A DNA stretch of 49,779 nt from Chiloscyllium plagiosum. Lineage: Eukaryota. Below are positions 27,513 through 40,529 of the stretch, one piece after another (within the stretch, counting starts at the first letter, position 1; each line of letters begins with the position of its first letter). The DNA lies in assembly GCF_004010195.1 (NCBI RefSeq), contig NC_057711.1, forward strand, positions 81,779,238-81,829,016. Reading direction: 5' to 3'. Both the position numbers and the translations under genes were made by a program. The notes beneath the pieces are model-generated. The model made no database searches, was not told the DNA's origin, and saw only the letters and a list, made by a program, of their open reading frames with translations.

Positions 27513-29149
27513 GAAGGAAGGAGTTGATATAGCTCTCCTACAGGAGACAGACCTGTCGGATAAAGAACACTTGAAATTACGACAGGGTGGATTTGATCAG
27601 GCCTTTTTTTCTTCTTTTAGCTCAAAAAGCAGGGGAGTAGTTATTCTTATTCGGAAGAATTTCCCTTTCAAAATCCTAAATCAGATAAAAGACAAATCTG
27701 GACAATATATTCTGACTAAAGCCCTTATAAATGGAGAGGAATATGGGATTTTAAATTTGTATTGTCCCCTCGGCCCATCCTTTTAAAATTTATCACGGAA
27801 GCCTTCTCAAAATTGATGGCTCTCGATGCCAGTCATACAATTATAGGGGGAGACTTTAATTGTATTATGGATCCGGAAATAGATAGGACTCCCAAGAGTA
27901 CTGCAGGAGTATCTCCCAGATCTAGACAATTGGTGGATTTGAACAAAGAAATAGGATTAGATGATGTATGGAGATGTCTTCATCCACAGGGCAGAGATTT
28001 TTCTTTTTACTCCAATCCACATAAATGTCATACCAGAATTGATATGTATTTTGCCCCCTCAATTTTTTAAAATTCCATATCATCCTGTAAAATAGGTAGC
28101 ATAGCAATTTCCGATCATGCTGCTGTATAGATGGAAATCAAGGCGAGGAACAATGGGACATCCCCTCAGCATTGGCGTATGGACTCCTTCCTGATGAAAG
28201 ATAGTAAATTTGTAAAGTACTTCTCTCAAGAATTTTTAGAAATTAATTTAGGTACAACTAGCAACCCATCAATGATGTGGGAGACCATCAAAGCTTACGT
28301 GCGAGGTTTGATCATCTCATACTCAGCGACCCAGAAAAAATTAAAGGGAGAACAACAGCGTCTGCTCGAAGCTCGCTTAAAAGCAGCTGAAACAGCATAC
28401 GCCGATAGACCTTCTATTATCAAATTGCAAAGGATTATGACCCTGAGGACAGCTCTAAATACCATGCTTACCCAAACGGCTAAGAGGGAAATATTATTTG
28501 CAAAACAAAGGTTATATGAAGTTGGCGACAAACTTAGTATTTCTTGCAAGGAAAAAAAAGGCCCCTCAAACTATCACGCCTATCAAGAAAAGTATGGGTA
28601 TTTGGACTCATGACCATAAAAGGATTAACGCAATCTTTAGAAAATTTTATTCTGATTTATATAAATCGCAGGATTGTGAAGACAGGACTAGGAGGATGCA
28701 ATCATTTTTTAAAAATTTGACCTTTCCGGACCTAACTCCGGAACAGGTATCGGTCTTAAATGCTCCCCTAACGGTACAAGAAATACTTGACGCAATCAGG
28801 CAACTTCAGAGCGGTAAGGCACCTGGCCCAGACGGCTTTCAAGCTGAATTCTATAAAGAATTTACAGGAATATTGGCTGGTCCAATTATGGACATGTATA
28901 ACTAGCATACAGTCAGGTCTGTCTCCTGCCTTCGTTGAAAGAGGCAAATATCTCTCTTATCCTTAAAAAAGGAAAGGACCCAGAAGATTGCACATCATAC
29001 AGACTAATATCCTTGCTAAATATAGATTTTAAAATCCTTTCTAAAACATTAGCATTGAGCCTCTCTGCAACCTTCTCACAACTCCCAATTCCAACAAGTT
29101 TCTATCATCTGCAAACTTGTAAATATTACAACATGGTCCCACATCCAAG

Positions 29150-29244
29150 CCTTTCCTGAAGAAGGGCTTATGCCCGAAACGTCGATTCTCCTTTTCCTTG
29201 GATGCTGCCTGACCTGCTGCGCTTTTCCAGCAACATATTTTCAG
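29150..29244 (+). mobile_element. 95-bp Penelope-derived insert starting at the hammerhead core
   Basis: Nearly identical to 1376-1467. 12-bp TSD cccacatccaag at 29138-29149 and 29245-29256. Confidence 0.8.
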
Positions 29245-30091
29245 CCCACATCCAAGTCAATTATTTATCCAGTACACAGAGGCATAGAACCACGATATGA
29301 AAATAATGTTTCAAGAAGTAATTTATTCATAATTTTCTTAAAAGTATTGCTTTTACTGTAGCCTTCTCAAAATATCAAATCAACTAGGCCTTTAAAGGAC
29401 CAAAAGTAGAAATTGCAAGCACTTGCTACCTTTATCTTATTTAAATACATCACAGCAATAGAAAAATGGATCCAAGAGAAAGAGTTGTCACTCTAGCAAT
29501 GTTTCACTTTGGGCATCATTGTTTCAAAATACGGGATTTTCAATCATTTTGTATTCTTGGCACTGAGGGATTAGATGCAGCCAAATCCCTGTATCAATAT
29601 CATCAAAGCCATTAATTACTAGAAGATTAATTGAAGCAGGTACAACATAGTAGTTGTAAGATAATTTGAAAAAGCGACTGAAAAAATAACCTATCCAAGT
29701 TTTACAAGATTTATTCTGAGACTAAGAGAATATTCACTACTCACTTGGATGAGAGGAATGGCAATCCTCAAGTGCTCAACACCATGCAGAGTACAGCATG
29801 TGATCCTGTCATATCATTCAAAATCTACATCTACCCAATAGAATCAGTATTTGAAATTAACTCTTTCAGATTTTGACCAATTATCTAGACAAGCTGTGTA
29901 TTTTCCGCTTTTATTTCAGATTACCAGCATTTATTATCTTCTAAAAAATCTTTCAGTCAGATTTCACTAATTTGTTGATTATTTTAGGAAGAAAATAGAT
30001 TTTAAATAGTGCAACAAATGAAAGCACTTTCAAAAATAATCACTTTTTTAAGATAGCTATGAGATAAATTACTTGTTAAATGAAAACTCAC

Positions 30092-30242
30092 ATAACGTTT
30101 CATCATTTGCCAGGCGATAGAAGCAGTGACAGACTTGGGCAACTTGACAGAGGTCCTGGTGTGATAAGAGGGTTAAAATCCGAATCCAGATCTCATCAGG
30201 AAGATAAAGCCATAGTAAATTATCATCAGCCCCTTTACCAAT
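30092..30242 (-). CDS. Host F-box/LRR protein, F-box exon (IGKGADDNLLWLYLPDEIWIRILTLLSHQDLCQVAQVCHCFYRLANDETL-W)
   Basis: Canonical F-box LPDE...I...L...DL....VC..F..LA.D..LW. Acceptor ttatcttaacctag|ATT, donor TTAT|gtgagt; 151 nt, phase 0 to 1. Absent from the ORF track. Confidence 0.92.
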
Positions 30243-30814
30243 CTAGGTTAAGATAACACAAACAAAAGATCGTGATCATTAGTGTTTGATACTCTGCGCA
30301 GTGGAATCACACAATACCATCTAGTGGACAATTGATACAGCTGTCATCAATGTGCATAGAAAAAAACTAGGGCAATTTGAACTACTTTTCCAATGAAATC
30401 ACACTGCTTGAAAGGAGATCAAATTTTAAACAATTCATATATGTAAGACAGTAACCCATATGGCTTTCATAATTCAAGGCCTTTGAATATTTTCATTTAT
30501 GGGTGATCCATTTTCCACTAGTGGTGTCAAACAATGCAGAAAATAGATTGTGGAATGGTTTGTGAAGCAAGTTACCGATAAAACTCCACCTACTTTTGCA
30601 TTTCTTTCTTTTACCCACTCCTGTATCACTTAAAGCCAAAATAACAAGGAAGTAATCAGTTGTTAGATTTTCGTAAGGCTTTTCTGCAAACAAGAAAGAA
30701 ATGCAAATGATGGCCGAAGAACGACGCTCCAGTTTATTTCCATTTCAGGAGCCATTTGGCACAGAGTCATAAAACACTGTACTTTACAGCCAAATCTAAT
30801 CCTACATTAACAAA

Positions 30815-31180
30815 AAGGACCACAGGCCATCCCAAATACTTCATAATCAATTAAGTATTTCTTAACATTGTAATATAATAAACATGAAAACTAATTTGTG
30901 CACCGTAAGAATCCATAAACAGCAAGGTGATAATGATCAGAATCTGGTTTAGGAGTTACAACCGATCATGTAATCTGGTTTAGTTATTGCTTTTGGGATA
31001 TTACTGGGAAAAATACAAGGGAGAAATTCCCTGCCCTTCAAACAATATAATTGGATGTTCACATCCACTTGAGGGGACAATCGAGGCCTCTGTTTAATAT
31101 CTGATTTGAAAAATGGTACTGCCTAATCCTGCAATAGAGTAAATTTTGTTTTCAAGTCTCTAAGTAGCCAACGCCTTCTC
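30815..31180 (-). mobile_element. Old DeuSINE-like (SacSINE/AmnSINE-type) remnant
   Basis: Minus strand cagatattaaacagaggcctc..ccctcaagtggatgtgaacatcc..gaagggcaggga resembles the Deu-domain consensus as I recall it. Confidence 0.5.
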
Positions 31181-31409
31181 AATATTTTCACTTAGGGAAT
31201 TTGGAACAGACATCACCAGACAAGAATCAGAATGCTCTTCCTTAAAGATGTGCCAAGGACAATCTTTACCCTGGAGTGAGGTCAGCTAACTCAGCACAGA
31301 ATGGATGTGAAACTGACAAATACTTGGTATTTGTGGCTCAAACAAACATTTCCTGAAGCTTTGGTATTCTAGGTTTGTAATGCAATATAAATGAGGATAA
31401 AATACTTGC

Positions 31410-31459
31410 CAGTTTGTCATAGGGCTGCAAGGCATTGTTCAAACTTTCACTGACTTCAC
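31410..31459 (-). CDS. Host F-box/LRR protein, 50-nt exon with GC donor ((G)EVSESLNNALQPYDKL)
   Basis: Acceptor ttgttttgttcttag|GT, donor CTG|gcaagt. Phase 1 in and phase 0 out exactly bridges the 39731 and 30242 exons. Confidence 0.72.
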
Positions 31460-33399
31460 CTAAGAACAAAACAATACATTTCACACCATTTTGTAATTAA
31501 TAAAGTATAAGAAAATCAAGAATATATACGGGAGCACCATATAAGGATTATGAAAAACATAGATAGCTGGAAGGCTGGAAAGACAGGTAGCAGGGACAGT
31601 TTAATGTATGAAATGTGATGCAGAATATCTCACATGTAACAAAGAAGAAAGAAAATACACCTTAAGTTGTGAGATCCAAAATAGGAGTAAAAGGATTTCA
31701 GCATGCAGAAACAGTTCATTATAGACAGCAGCACAAACAGATATAAAATCATCAAAAGGTAGCCTTTGGTTTTATATCTAAGGGCACAAAATGCAAAAAT
31801 ACAAAGGTGGATTTTAAATGGCTCCTTTGGCAGGTGGGTGGGAACATGTAAAATAGGCGGCTAGCCCACCACCATACTTTCAGGATGACCCCTACTATAC
31901 GCTAAGTGGGCAGGTGCCAAAATCAACCAACCACTCACCATATTTCATAAGTAATGATCTATTAGATTATCAAACATATTAACCTGGATAATATGCTGAA
32001 CACACCAAAATATGACTAACGTGCACAGACTAAACAGTGGGCAGGCTAAATTTTATGGCCTAGCTGGAAAAGTATAGAAGTGAAGAAATGGGGTGGGGTG
32101 GTCTCCAGCTACAGGTTGTTATTAACTGCAAGATATTGACTCTTCAAAGATCTCACGTGTTGTACAATGAAATACCAGGCACGGTGTGATGGCTTTAAAT
32201 ATTGCTTCCAGCTTGTGAAAACAAAGCACAATTAAAATTCAAACATAGGAATAAATTTGTATTTTAAACAACAATGATGAGATTAAATGGCCCAACAGAA
32301 AACTGCACTACTCCTTAACCACTTTGTCTGAAACTTATAAAAAGAATACCATAGTGCCATCACTCAAATCATAAATGCTCACTTACGAATCATTTAGATT
32401 TTCTGCCTATCCATTGGTAACATATCAAGCAACTACAGGAATCACGGAGAGTTTAAATCCATGCTGTGCTTTAGCCACCAACACAAATTGTGAAACCATA
32501 AGTTGACTATTAACATAAAATAAGCGAGGTTGGTAAACTAAATATTATGTATGTTTAATTAAAATAAATGAGCTGCAAAACATAGCTCTGTTGAAAAATA
32601 ACAGGGGTCCACTCCCAATGATTGCCGGCACAACTTGTACCAATTGCCATGTTAGAAATGATAAACGATGATCACACAGGCAGTCCATGTACTAGCAACT
32701 TGCACAGCAGGCAGTCAACATACCCCTTAGTGCTGATTTGACACTCAACTTCCTTATTTGGACTTTGTGGGTTTATAGCAATGGCCTATCTTAAACAGTC
32801 ATTGCCGAACATGCTTTTAGCTGAATAGGAGACAAACTCTCCCCCTGCCTGCCACCCCACACACTCCTCCCACCCCAAACACCAGCCAACTATAGCTTTA
32901 AGTGAATAAATACATTTCAGATGAAGTACTTCAGATTTTCCTTTGCAGCTGCAGAGTTGGAAAGGTACAGTAATGCTGGACCTTCGCAAGGAGAGGAAGG
33001 AAACTTGAAGCCCTCTGCATGAGAGGGCTATGGGGCAAGTTAGCATAGAAAAGTTGTCAGGCTCTCATGAAGCAACAACAGCTTATTATTCTAAATATGG
33101 ATTGTGGTTCTGTTTTGCCACCCATCCATACGTGACAGCACTTCCACAAAAGAAATTGTACATCATGGAGCATACCTGAGCTGAAACAATTGGTTTGTTG
33201 CCTACACTGCATTGGAGGAGTTCTCCAATACTCACCAATATATGCCACATGATTTGTGGTAGTCTGCTTATCCACCACAACTCTGCTATGCTGAAGTCAA
33301 CCTTCTCACCAGGCCCATTGTGACCATATTAGGGCTTGGATGAGTAAGAGGAAAGGGGAGTGAGGAGAGGAAATAGGAGAAAGAAGGAGGCCAATTACT

Positions 33400-34130
33400 C
33401 AGCTATTGAGTCTTCTTTTACATAATCCACATTAATGATCTAAACAAAGTGTCTAAGAGAAACATATCTGTTTTCTGAGGATACAAATTTAGGTGGAAGG
33501 TAAGCTCTGAGGAAGTCAGAGATGCTGCCAAGAAATACAAACAGGGTAAATGAGTGGGCAACAAAGCAGAAGATGGAACATAATGTGAGGAAGTTTGAAG
33601 TTTTTCACTTCAGTGGTAATGACAAAAACACATTTTTTACAAGGCACATTTACAAATGATATTCAGAAATATTTCAGCATACTTGTATAAGAAACATGAA
33701 GTTAATAAGCAGGTATAACAAGTAATCAGGAAAGCAACAGAACATTACCAGGAAACTGGAGTCCAAGATGAAAGAAGTTGTTATAATTATACGGGGCTTT
33801 GGTGTGACGACACCAGCAGTATTGCAGCTGGTTTAGATTCCATATTTAAGGAAATATACATTTACTTTGAATGCAGAGCAGCAAAACTTCAGTAGACTTG
33901 TCCATAAGATGATAGGTAGCTCTTTGATGAGAAGATAAATAAACTGGGCCTATACTCTCTGGGATTTGATGAATGAGAGATGATGACAATGGAACACTCA
34001 AAAGTCTTAAGTGACTTGATAAGGTAGACAATGAGAGATTGGCTGAGGAATTCAGAATATGGGGAAACAACATCAGGATAAGGAATTGATTTAGGATTGA
34101 GATGAGGAGAAATTTCTTTACAGATATTAA
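33400..34130 (+). mobile_element. Old CR1 RT/3' fragment
   Basis: Degenerate F.EDTNLGG, ME.NV.K.EV.HF and LGLYSL motifs. Confidence 0.55.
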
Positions 34131-34134
34131 GTTA

Positions 34135-34335
34135 ATTAGCTGGATGACTGGTTTGCAATGCAGAGTGACACCAACAATATGGTTCCGATTCCTGCGCTGG
34201 CTGAGGTTACCCTTATGGTCACACTTTCTCACCCTTGCCTGAGGTGTGGTGGCTCTCAGGTTAAACTCACCACTAATCACCTGTCTCCAATGAGACAGCA
34301 GCCCAATGATCCTTCGGGATTATGGTGACTTCATA
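34135..34335 (+). mobile_element. tRNA-derived SINE, family undetermined
   Basis: Degenerate B-box (ggttccgattcc) and body gcctgaggtgtggtggctctcaggttaaac. Confidence 0.4.
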
Positions 34336-34799
34336 TTTACTTGACCTATGCTTTTCAAAGAATCATAGAGGTATTACGGCACAAATTAGGTCATTGTGTC
34401 TGCATGCAATCCCTCTATTGAACCTGCCACCACCATACTGTGAGGCAGTGCATTCTAGACGCAAACTATTCATCATGTGAAGATGATTTTTCTCACATCG
34501 CTTTTGCTTTTTCATCAAATAATTTTAAAGTTGTGCCCTCTCATTCTTGTTCCTTGTACAAGTCGGAATAGTTCTTTTGTATCTTCTCTACTTTTCCCGA
34601 TAATCAACAATGATTTCATAGACATCATTAGACCCTTATTTCTAGATTTTTATTGAATTCAAATTTCACCATCTGCCATGAAGGACTTGAACCCGAGTCC
34701 CCAGAACATTTCCTGAGTCTCCAGATTAATAGTCTAGTAATAATACCATGCACCCATAACCTCTCCAATTGCTCATGTAATGCATCCTTTATTTTGTAT

Positions 34800-37700
34800 T
34801 GTCTATTCATGTCTTCCTACTAAAATATATCACCTAATTTTTCTGCATTGACCTACATCTTCCACCTCTCCTCCCATTTGACTAACTTGTCTTTTTGAAA
34901 CTCTATACTCGCTTCCTCACTGATTCCAACACTTCCAAGTTTCACATCATCCATTAACTTTGAAATTATCCCCTTGCACTCCAAAGTATAAATCACGAAC
35001 ATACATCAGGAAAAACAAGGCTTCCAATACCAACAGCTAGGGAATTCCACTAGAAACCTTCCTCCAGCCTGAAATAATATCCATGGACCATAACTCTGTT
35101 TCCTATCACTCAACCAATTTTGTATTCATGTTGCTCCTGTCCCTTTTATTCCATTACCTATAACGCCCTTTACAAGTCTGCTAGGTGATACTATTTTGAA
35201 TACTTTCTGGAGGCCCACATCCACTGCATCAACAGCCTTGTCCTCATCTTGGACCCTCCCTGACACCTCTTTGAAAAGCTCCAGCAAGTTAATTAAACAA
35301 GACTTTCTCTTTAGAAAGCAATACTTGCTCTTCCTAATCGCCTCCATTTTCCATATAACTACTTATTCTAACCTGAATAATTGTTTCTAAAAGGTTCCCA
35401 CCACTGAATTTAAACAGACTAGTCTGTAATTGATGGGCTTATCCTTACAACCTTTCTTGGGGGGTAATGTTTGCAATTCTCCAAGTTTCTGGCATCTCCC
35501 ATGATTCTAGGGAAGACTGAAAGATTATGGTCAGTGTCCCTGAAATTTCCACTCTCACTCCTTTAATATCCTTGGATGCATCTCATCCAGTTGCATCCCC
35601 TTGTTAACCTTAAGTACTTTAAGTCTATCCAACACATCTACCTTCTTCACTTATGAACCACTCTAGTGGCAGAATTCATTTAATACCTTAGCTTACCTGC
35701 TTGCTTTAACCCTCTTTTTGGTCACCCATTTCTCACTCTTTCACCAGTTAGAAGTCTATAACACTTTGGGGTTGCCCTACACGTTGCCCGGTCTTTTCTC
35801 ATTATTCCTCCTTGCTTCCCTAATATGCTTTTTCACTTTCCTTCTTGTATTTCACTTTCCTTCTTGTATCAATTTGTATTTTCTACCTGACACCTGCCAG
35901 AAGCACACTTTATTCTTTATTTTCACTAATATCTCTTCATTTTTCATCCAAGGAGCAATGGATTGGCTTGTCCTTTTTGAGGGAACATACCTAGATTGTT
36001 TCTTTTTGAAGATAGTCCATTGCACAGTTACAGATTTCCCACCTACCTTTCATTCCAATCTATCTGGCCCAGCTCCATTCTTGCCCCAATAAAGTCGCTT
36101 CCCCACCAACTGATTATTCATATTCTGGATTGGCTAATGTAATTCACTACTACTATCTTGAACTTTATGATATAATGATCACTACACCCAAAAACTCCCC
36201 AACTGAAATTTGATCCAACTGGCCCACCTCCTTTCCAAAGTTCACTATTAGTTTTATCTTGTTGGTCTGGACACTGCAAAGGAAATTCTCCTGAACATAA
36301 ACTCGAAATATTTTCCCCTCACTCTACCCGTAGCCCAGTCTATATTTGGATAATTGAAGTCTGCCATATAACTACTGTAAAATGTTGCCATGTCTCTAAT
36401 CTCCCTGCACACCCTTCTTATTAGTTGTTGGTTTATAGACAACACTGAGCAATGGAATTGTTTTTTTTTGGTTTTTTTAGCTCTAGCCAAATTGATTCTT
36501 CTCAACCTTCTGGAATAGCCTTTTTCCTCCAGCACTGCAATGCCCTCCTTATCAATATAGCCATCCATCTTCCATTCCTGTCTTTTCTAAACAATGTGTA
36601 CCCAAGAATACTGAACACCCAGTCTGGCCATTCTTTGAGCTAGGCCTGTCTTATTATTGCAACACCTTAATTCTAAATAGCAATTTGTCCCAAAAACATT
36701 GCAGTTTTATTTACTATACTGCATACTGTTACATACATGCACAGTAATCCTGATTTCGACTTAATTACTTCTCCCTCACTATGACTTTATCTATTAACTT
36801 ACCATCCTTTACCCTGGTGCTATCTGTCCAAGTATTTTGTGAAACCTCTTCTCAGACATTCTCTCTGTTTCAGTGTCAAAGCTCTCTCGACAGCATTAAT
36901 GAAAAACTTCCCACAAGGAACAGTACCAGCTCTGCTCAAATGCAACGTGATCAGCTTGTACAGGTGCCATCTTCCCCAGAGCCAGTCCCAGTATCCTTAA
37001 AATCTAATGGCAACCATCACGCATCAGCTTTCCAGCCACGAATTGACATAACTTATCTTCCTATTTCTGCACTCATTTACACATGGCACGGAGTGCAATC
37101 TTGAGATAACTACATTTGAGGTCCTGCTCACTAATTTTCTACCTGGATCCCCAAATTCCGATTGCAGAACCACATCCCTACCTTACCTAAGCTTTAAATA
37201 CAAATGTGGACCATGGCCTCTGGCTTTTCACCCTCGTCCAGAAGAATGTCCGACAGTTACTCTGTGCTGGCACCAGGAAAACAACATACTACCTTGGAGT
37301 GACATCTACATTCTCAGAACCACTGGTCTGTTCCCTTACTGAATGAATCCCCTTTCACTACTGTTTGTCTTCCCCTCTGCTACAGCCAAGCTGCTCGTGG
37401 TGCCATAAACCACACACTGACTGCACTCCCTTGAGGAATAGCACCCTCATCAGTTTCTAAAACTGAAAATAGATTTGTGAGCAGGACCCCAAGGGTCTCC
37501 TGCACTACCTACCTGTTTCTCTTGGATTGCCTTGTAGTCATCCATACCTTTTCTGCCTCCAGGCCCTTAAGCTGTGCTGTGACCACCTCTCTGAACTTGG
37601 CAATGACATAACACTCAGCCTTGCAGATGGACCACTGTGACTCCAGCCATTGCTCCAGCTCTGAAACCTGGAACTCAACTTTCTGCATAGTTGGTCCAGG
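34800..37700 (-). mobile_element. Long decayed CR1 LINE (RT, APE and probable ORF1 remnants)
   Basis: KSCLINLLELF..AVDAVDVGLQKVF and MADFNYPNIDW motifs on the minus strand. Boundaries approximate. Confidence 0.7.
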
Positions 37701-38199
37701 GCACCGGTAGGGTTCATGACATCCTACAAATTACAGGTTACATATTCCACTTGACTGAGCTGTGCTGTCATGTCTTAACTTTACTTCGTTTACATTAATT
37801 TTTTTTCTGTTTTGGGTAACTTATATTACATTATTATACTTGCCCTAAGTATCCTTTAGTTTTTGTGTTTCTCCATTAAATCAAAGTAAAGCTACTTCTT
37901 AATACTTCTCCAAAAAATAAACACTTTTCAAATACACAGCAATTAAGTCAGCCCCGGAGCGTGGTTTCTTATCAACCAATGAACATACTGAAAAGTGTAG
38001 AACAATTGAAGTTTAGAAAAACAGTCAACAGAAATAGCACCTCTTCTTTTCACCATACTCCCCACTCAGCACATTTTATTTACTACAACAAAACTTACTT
38101 CAAGCGCCTTTTACCCTCTTTGCATCAAATTCCCACTTGGAACCAAATTGCCAGATATACTTGCTTGACCTCAGTACCCATTTCACTCTAGTCTTCCTC

Positions 38200-39460
38200 A
38201 CATTTTAAAAATTCCTTTCTTATGTGGAACTGCAATGAGTCACTTTTATCTTTCTATTGTTAATCAAGCTGTTCTTACTTACTCTTATACTCCAACCACC
38301 TTGGAATGAGATCTCCGTTAGTCTTTCTGATTAGTTGCTGCACCTTGTGTTAGCTTCCTGTGTTTTTTGTGCACAAATACACCCAAGACCCTTTATGTTT
38401 TATTTTTCTGCATTTTTCACCATTTAAATAATATTCTGCATTTTTCTCCATTTAAATAATATTCTGTTTTTATCTTCCTTCAAAATTAAACAGCTTCACA
38501 TTTTCCCATATTATACTCAATTTGCCAACTTTTTGCCCACCTACACAACCTTTCATATCTCTCAGTTTGTATCCCTCTCAAAGGTGGCATTTCCAAATAT
38601 TTTTGTATCATGTGCAAATTTAGCTGCAGTATATTTGGTTCCTTCCTCCATGTCATTAATATCTATTGTAAACAGTTGCAGTTCCAGTACTGATCCCAGT
38701 GGAAACTCACTAAATGCAGATCACCAACCTGAAAAAGAACCCCTTATCCCCCTCACTGTTTCCTGCCCATGGGCCAATTCTCTATCCAGGCTAATATACT
38801 ACCTCCAACATCATGGGCTCTTATCTCATGACTTAACCTTTTGCCAGGTACCTTGTCAAAAGCTTTCCACAAGTCCAAGTACAACACATCGACTGGTACC
38901 CCTCTATCCATACTTCCTTGAAAAACTAATAAATTAGTCAGACATGATCTTCCTTTCACAAAGCCATGTTGACTCTGCTTGATTAGACTTTAACTTCCTA
39001 AATGTTCTGTTATTGTTCCTTTAATAATTGACTCTAGAATTTTTCCAACAATTGAGTTAGACTAATCAGCCTATAGTTACCACTTTTTGCCTTGCTTTCT
39101 TTTTGGAAAATGGGGGCAATTTGGCAGTTTTCTAATCCTCCAGTAGTTCTCCAATTCCAAGGGTTTTTTTTTGGAAAATTACAACCAATGCATCTGCTAT
39201 CACTGTAGCTACTTCTTTTAGGATCCTAGAATGCAAGCCATCAGGGTCAGGGGATTTATCTGCCTTAGCCCCAATAGTTTGTCTATTACTACTTCACAGT
39301 GATGGTGATGGTACTAAATTTCTCCCCTTATATTCTTTACTGTTAATGAGATGTTCAAAATGTCTACCCTTAATAAAGATTGGCACAAAATATCTGTTTA
39401 ACTCTTTGTCATTTCCTTGTTCCCCATACCAATCTTCCCAGATTCATTTTCAAAGGGGCC
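38200..39460 (-). mobile_element. Decayed CR1 RT fragment
   Basis: KGRSCLTNLL..VDVLYLDLWKAFDKVP..LAWIENW. Confidence 0.8.
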
Positions 39461-39730
39461 TTAGAGATCTCTCTCACGCTGCGTGCCAGTAAAAGCAGTG
39501 AAACGTTTATAAGAGAAAAAAGTGAGAAAGGAAACACCAAAATGTGCCTAAAAATCATTTTCCGCAGCATGCCCTAATACATAAAATACTTTAATCGATT
39601 ATGATTATATGCCATTAATAATTCACCCTGAAAAACAACTCAAAATTTTAATAGATAGGACCTGAATATTCATTCCAAAATTCAAAAGTTAAACTGCATT
39701 TGAAGGAAGTGTTCACTGTTTTAAACTTAC

Positions 39731-39886
39731 CTGATTTCATTGTTGCCAATGAAGTCACTGCTGGATTTTGAAGCACTGTTTTGGATCTTGATGTTTCTTG
39801 TGGTACTTGTTTGCTATTTAGAACCTTAGCACTTACAGGCCGTTTGGTCAGCTGCCTGGATGACACCTTGTTCGTTGTTGTCAGCC
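39731..39886 (-). CDS. Host F-box/LRR protein, N-terminal low-complexity exon (LTTTNKVSSRQLTKRPVSAKVLNSKQVPQETSRSKTVLQNPAVTSLATMKS)
   Basis: Acceptor ttctctctatgcctttag|GG, donor TCAG|gtaagt; 156 nt, open, phase 1 to 1. Unique sequence between repeats. Confidence 0.72.
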
Positions 39887-40014
39887 CTAAAGGCATAGAG
39901 AGAAAGACATGGCTTTACCCTTTTTTAATAAAGAAATTACTTCAAATTCCCAAAAATAACTTTCACAGTTATGCCACACCATACAATACCAGCTTTCTTG
40001 AATATTCTTCCTTG

Positions 40015-40520
40015 CAATATAGGAAATAGCAGCAGAAGTAGGCCATTCAGCCCCCGAAGCCAGTTCCACCATTCAACTGGATCTAATTGAATACCATTTT
40101 CTTACAGCATCTCCTCATCGCTCAAACACTTTAATATCAGAAATCTATCCATCTCTGTCTTGAATATACTCAATGACACAGCCTCTGCAGCCTTCCAGAG
40201 TAGAGAATTCCAAAGATTCAACAGCCTGTTACTGAAGAAATACTTTCTCACCTCAGTCCGAAACAGCCTACTTCTTGATCTGAGCTTGTCCTCTTAGTTT
40301 TAGGCTCCCAGGCAAAGGGAAACACCCTTCTTGTATCTACCCTGTAGAAACCTGTAAAAATGTTGTGTACTGAATGAGATCACCTCTCATTCTTCTAGAC
40401 TCTGAAGAATATTGATACAGACTCAATTTCTCCTCACTGAGCAATTCCAATATCCCGAGGATCAGTTGATGAATCTTCATTCACTCTCTCTTTGCCGAGT
40501 ATATCCTTCATTCAGTAAGG
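40015..40520 (-). mobile_element. CR1 3' end fragment
   Basis: Minus strand GAEWPTSA-type CR1 3' UTR and agaatgagaggtgatctcatt RT C-terminal motif. Confidence 0.65.
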
Positions 40521-40529
40521 AGCCTTTAA

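Larger units (their letters stand above)
24228..29058 (+). mobile_element. Second L1-clade LINE (5' end, ORF1 from 25824, ORF2 APE to early RT 27513-29058), interrupted and 3'-truncated
   Basis: Starts ggggggatccaagatggcggc. ORF1 DDLENRGHCKNIRLLGLPE; ORF2 IALLQET, IIGGDFNC, KAPGPDGF, KKGKDP..SYRLISLLNIDFKILSK. Spans assembly gaps, so contiguity is unproven. Confidence 0.8.

Noticed and set aside
24424..27786. Long ORFs containing X runs
   Set aside because: They read through assembly gaps.
30493..30693. Possible extra host exon after a strong acceptor (tttctttcttgtttgcag at 30684)
   Set aside because: Phase 0 reading hits TAA after 6 codons, and the open frame cannot join the phase 0 F-box exon. 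At most a cryptic or poison exon.
32600..33330. Possible decayed DNA transposon or conserved non-coding sequence (also 17520-18060)
   Set aside because: No motif, terminal repeat or ORF I can support without a database search.
38400..38470. Short tandem duplication (ccatttaaataatattctg twice); similar one near 35835-35870
   Set aside because: Ordinary slippage inside decayed CR1 copies.
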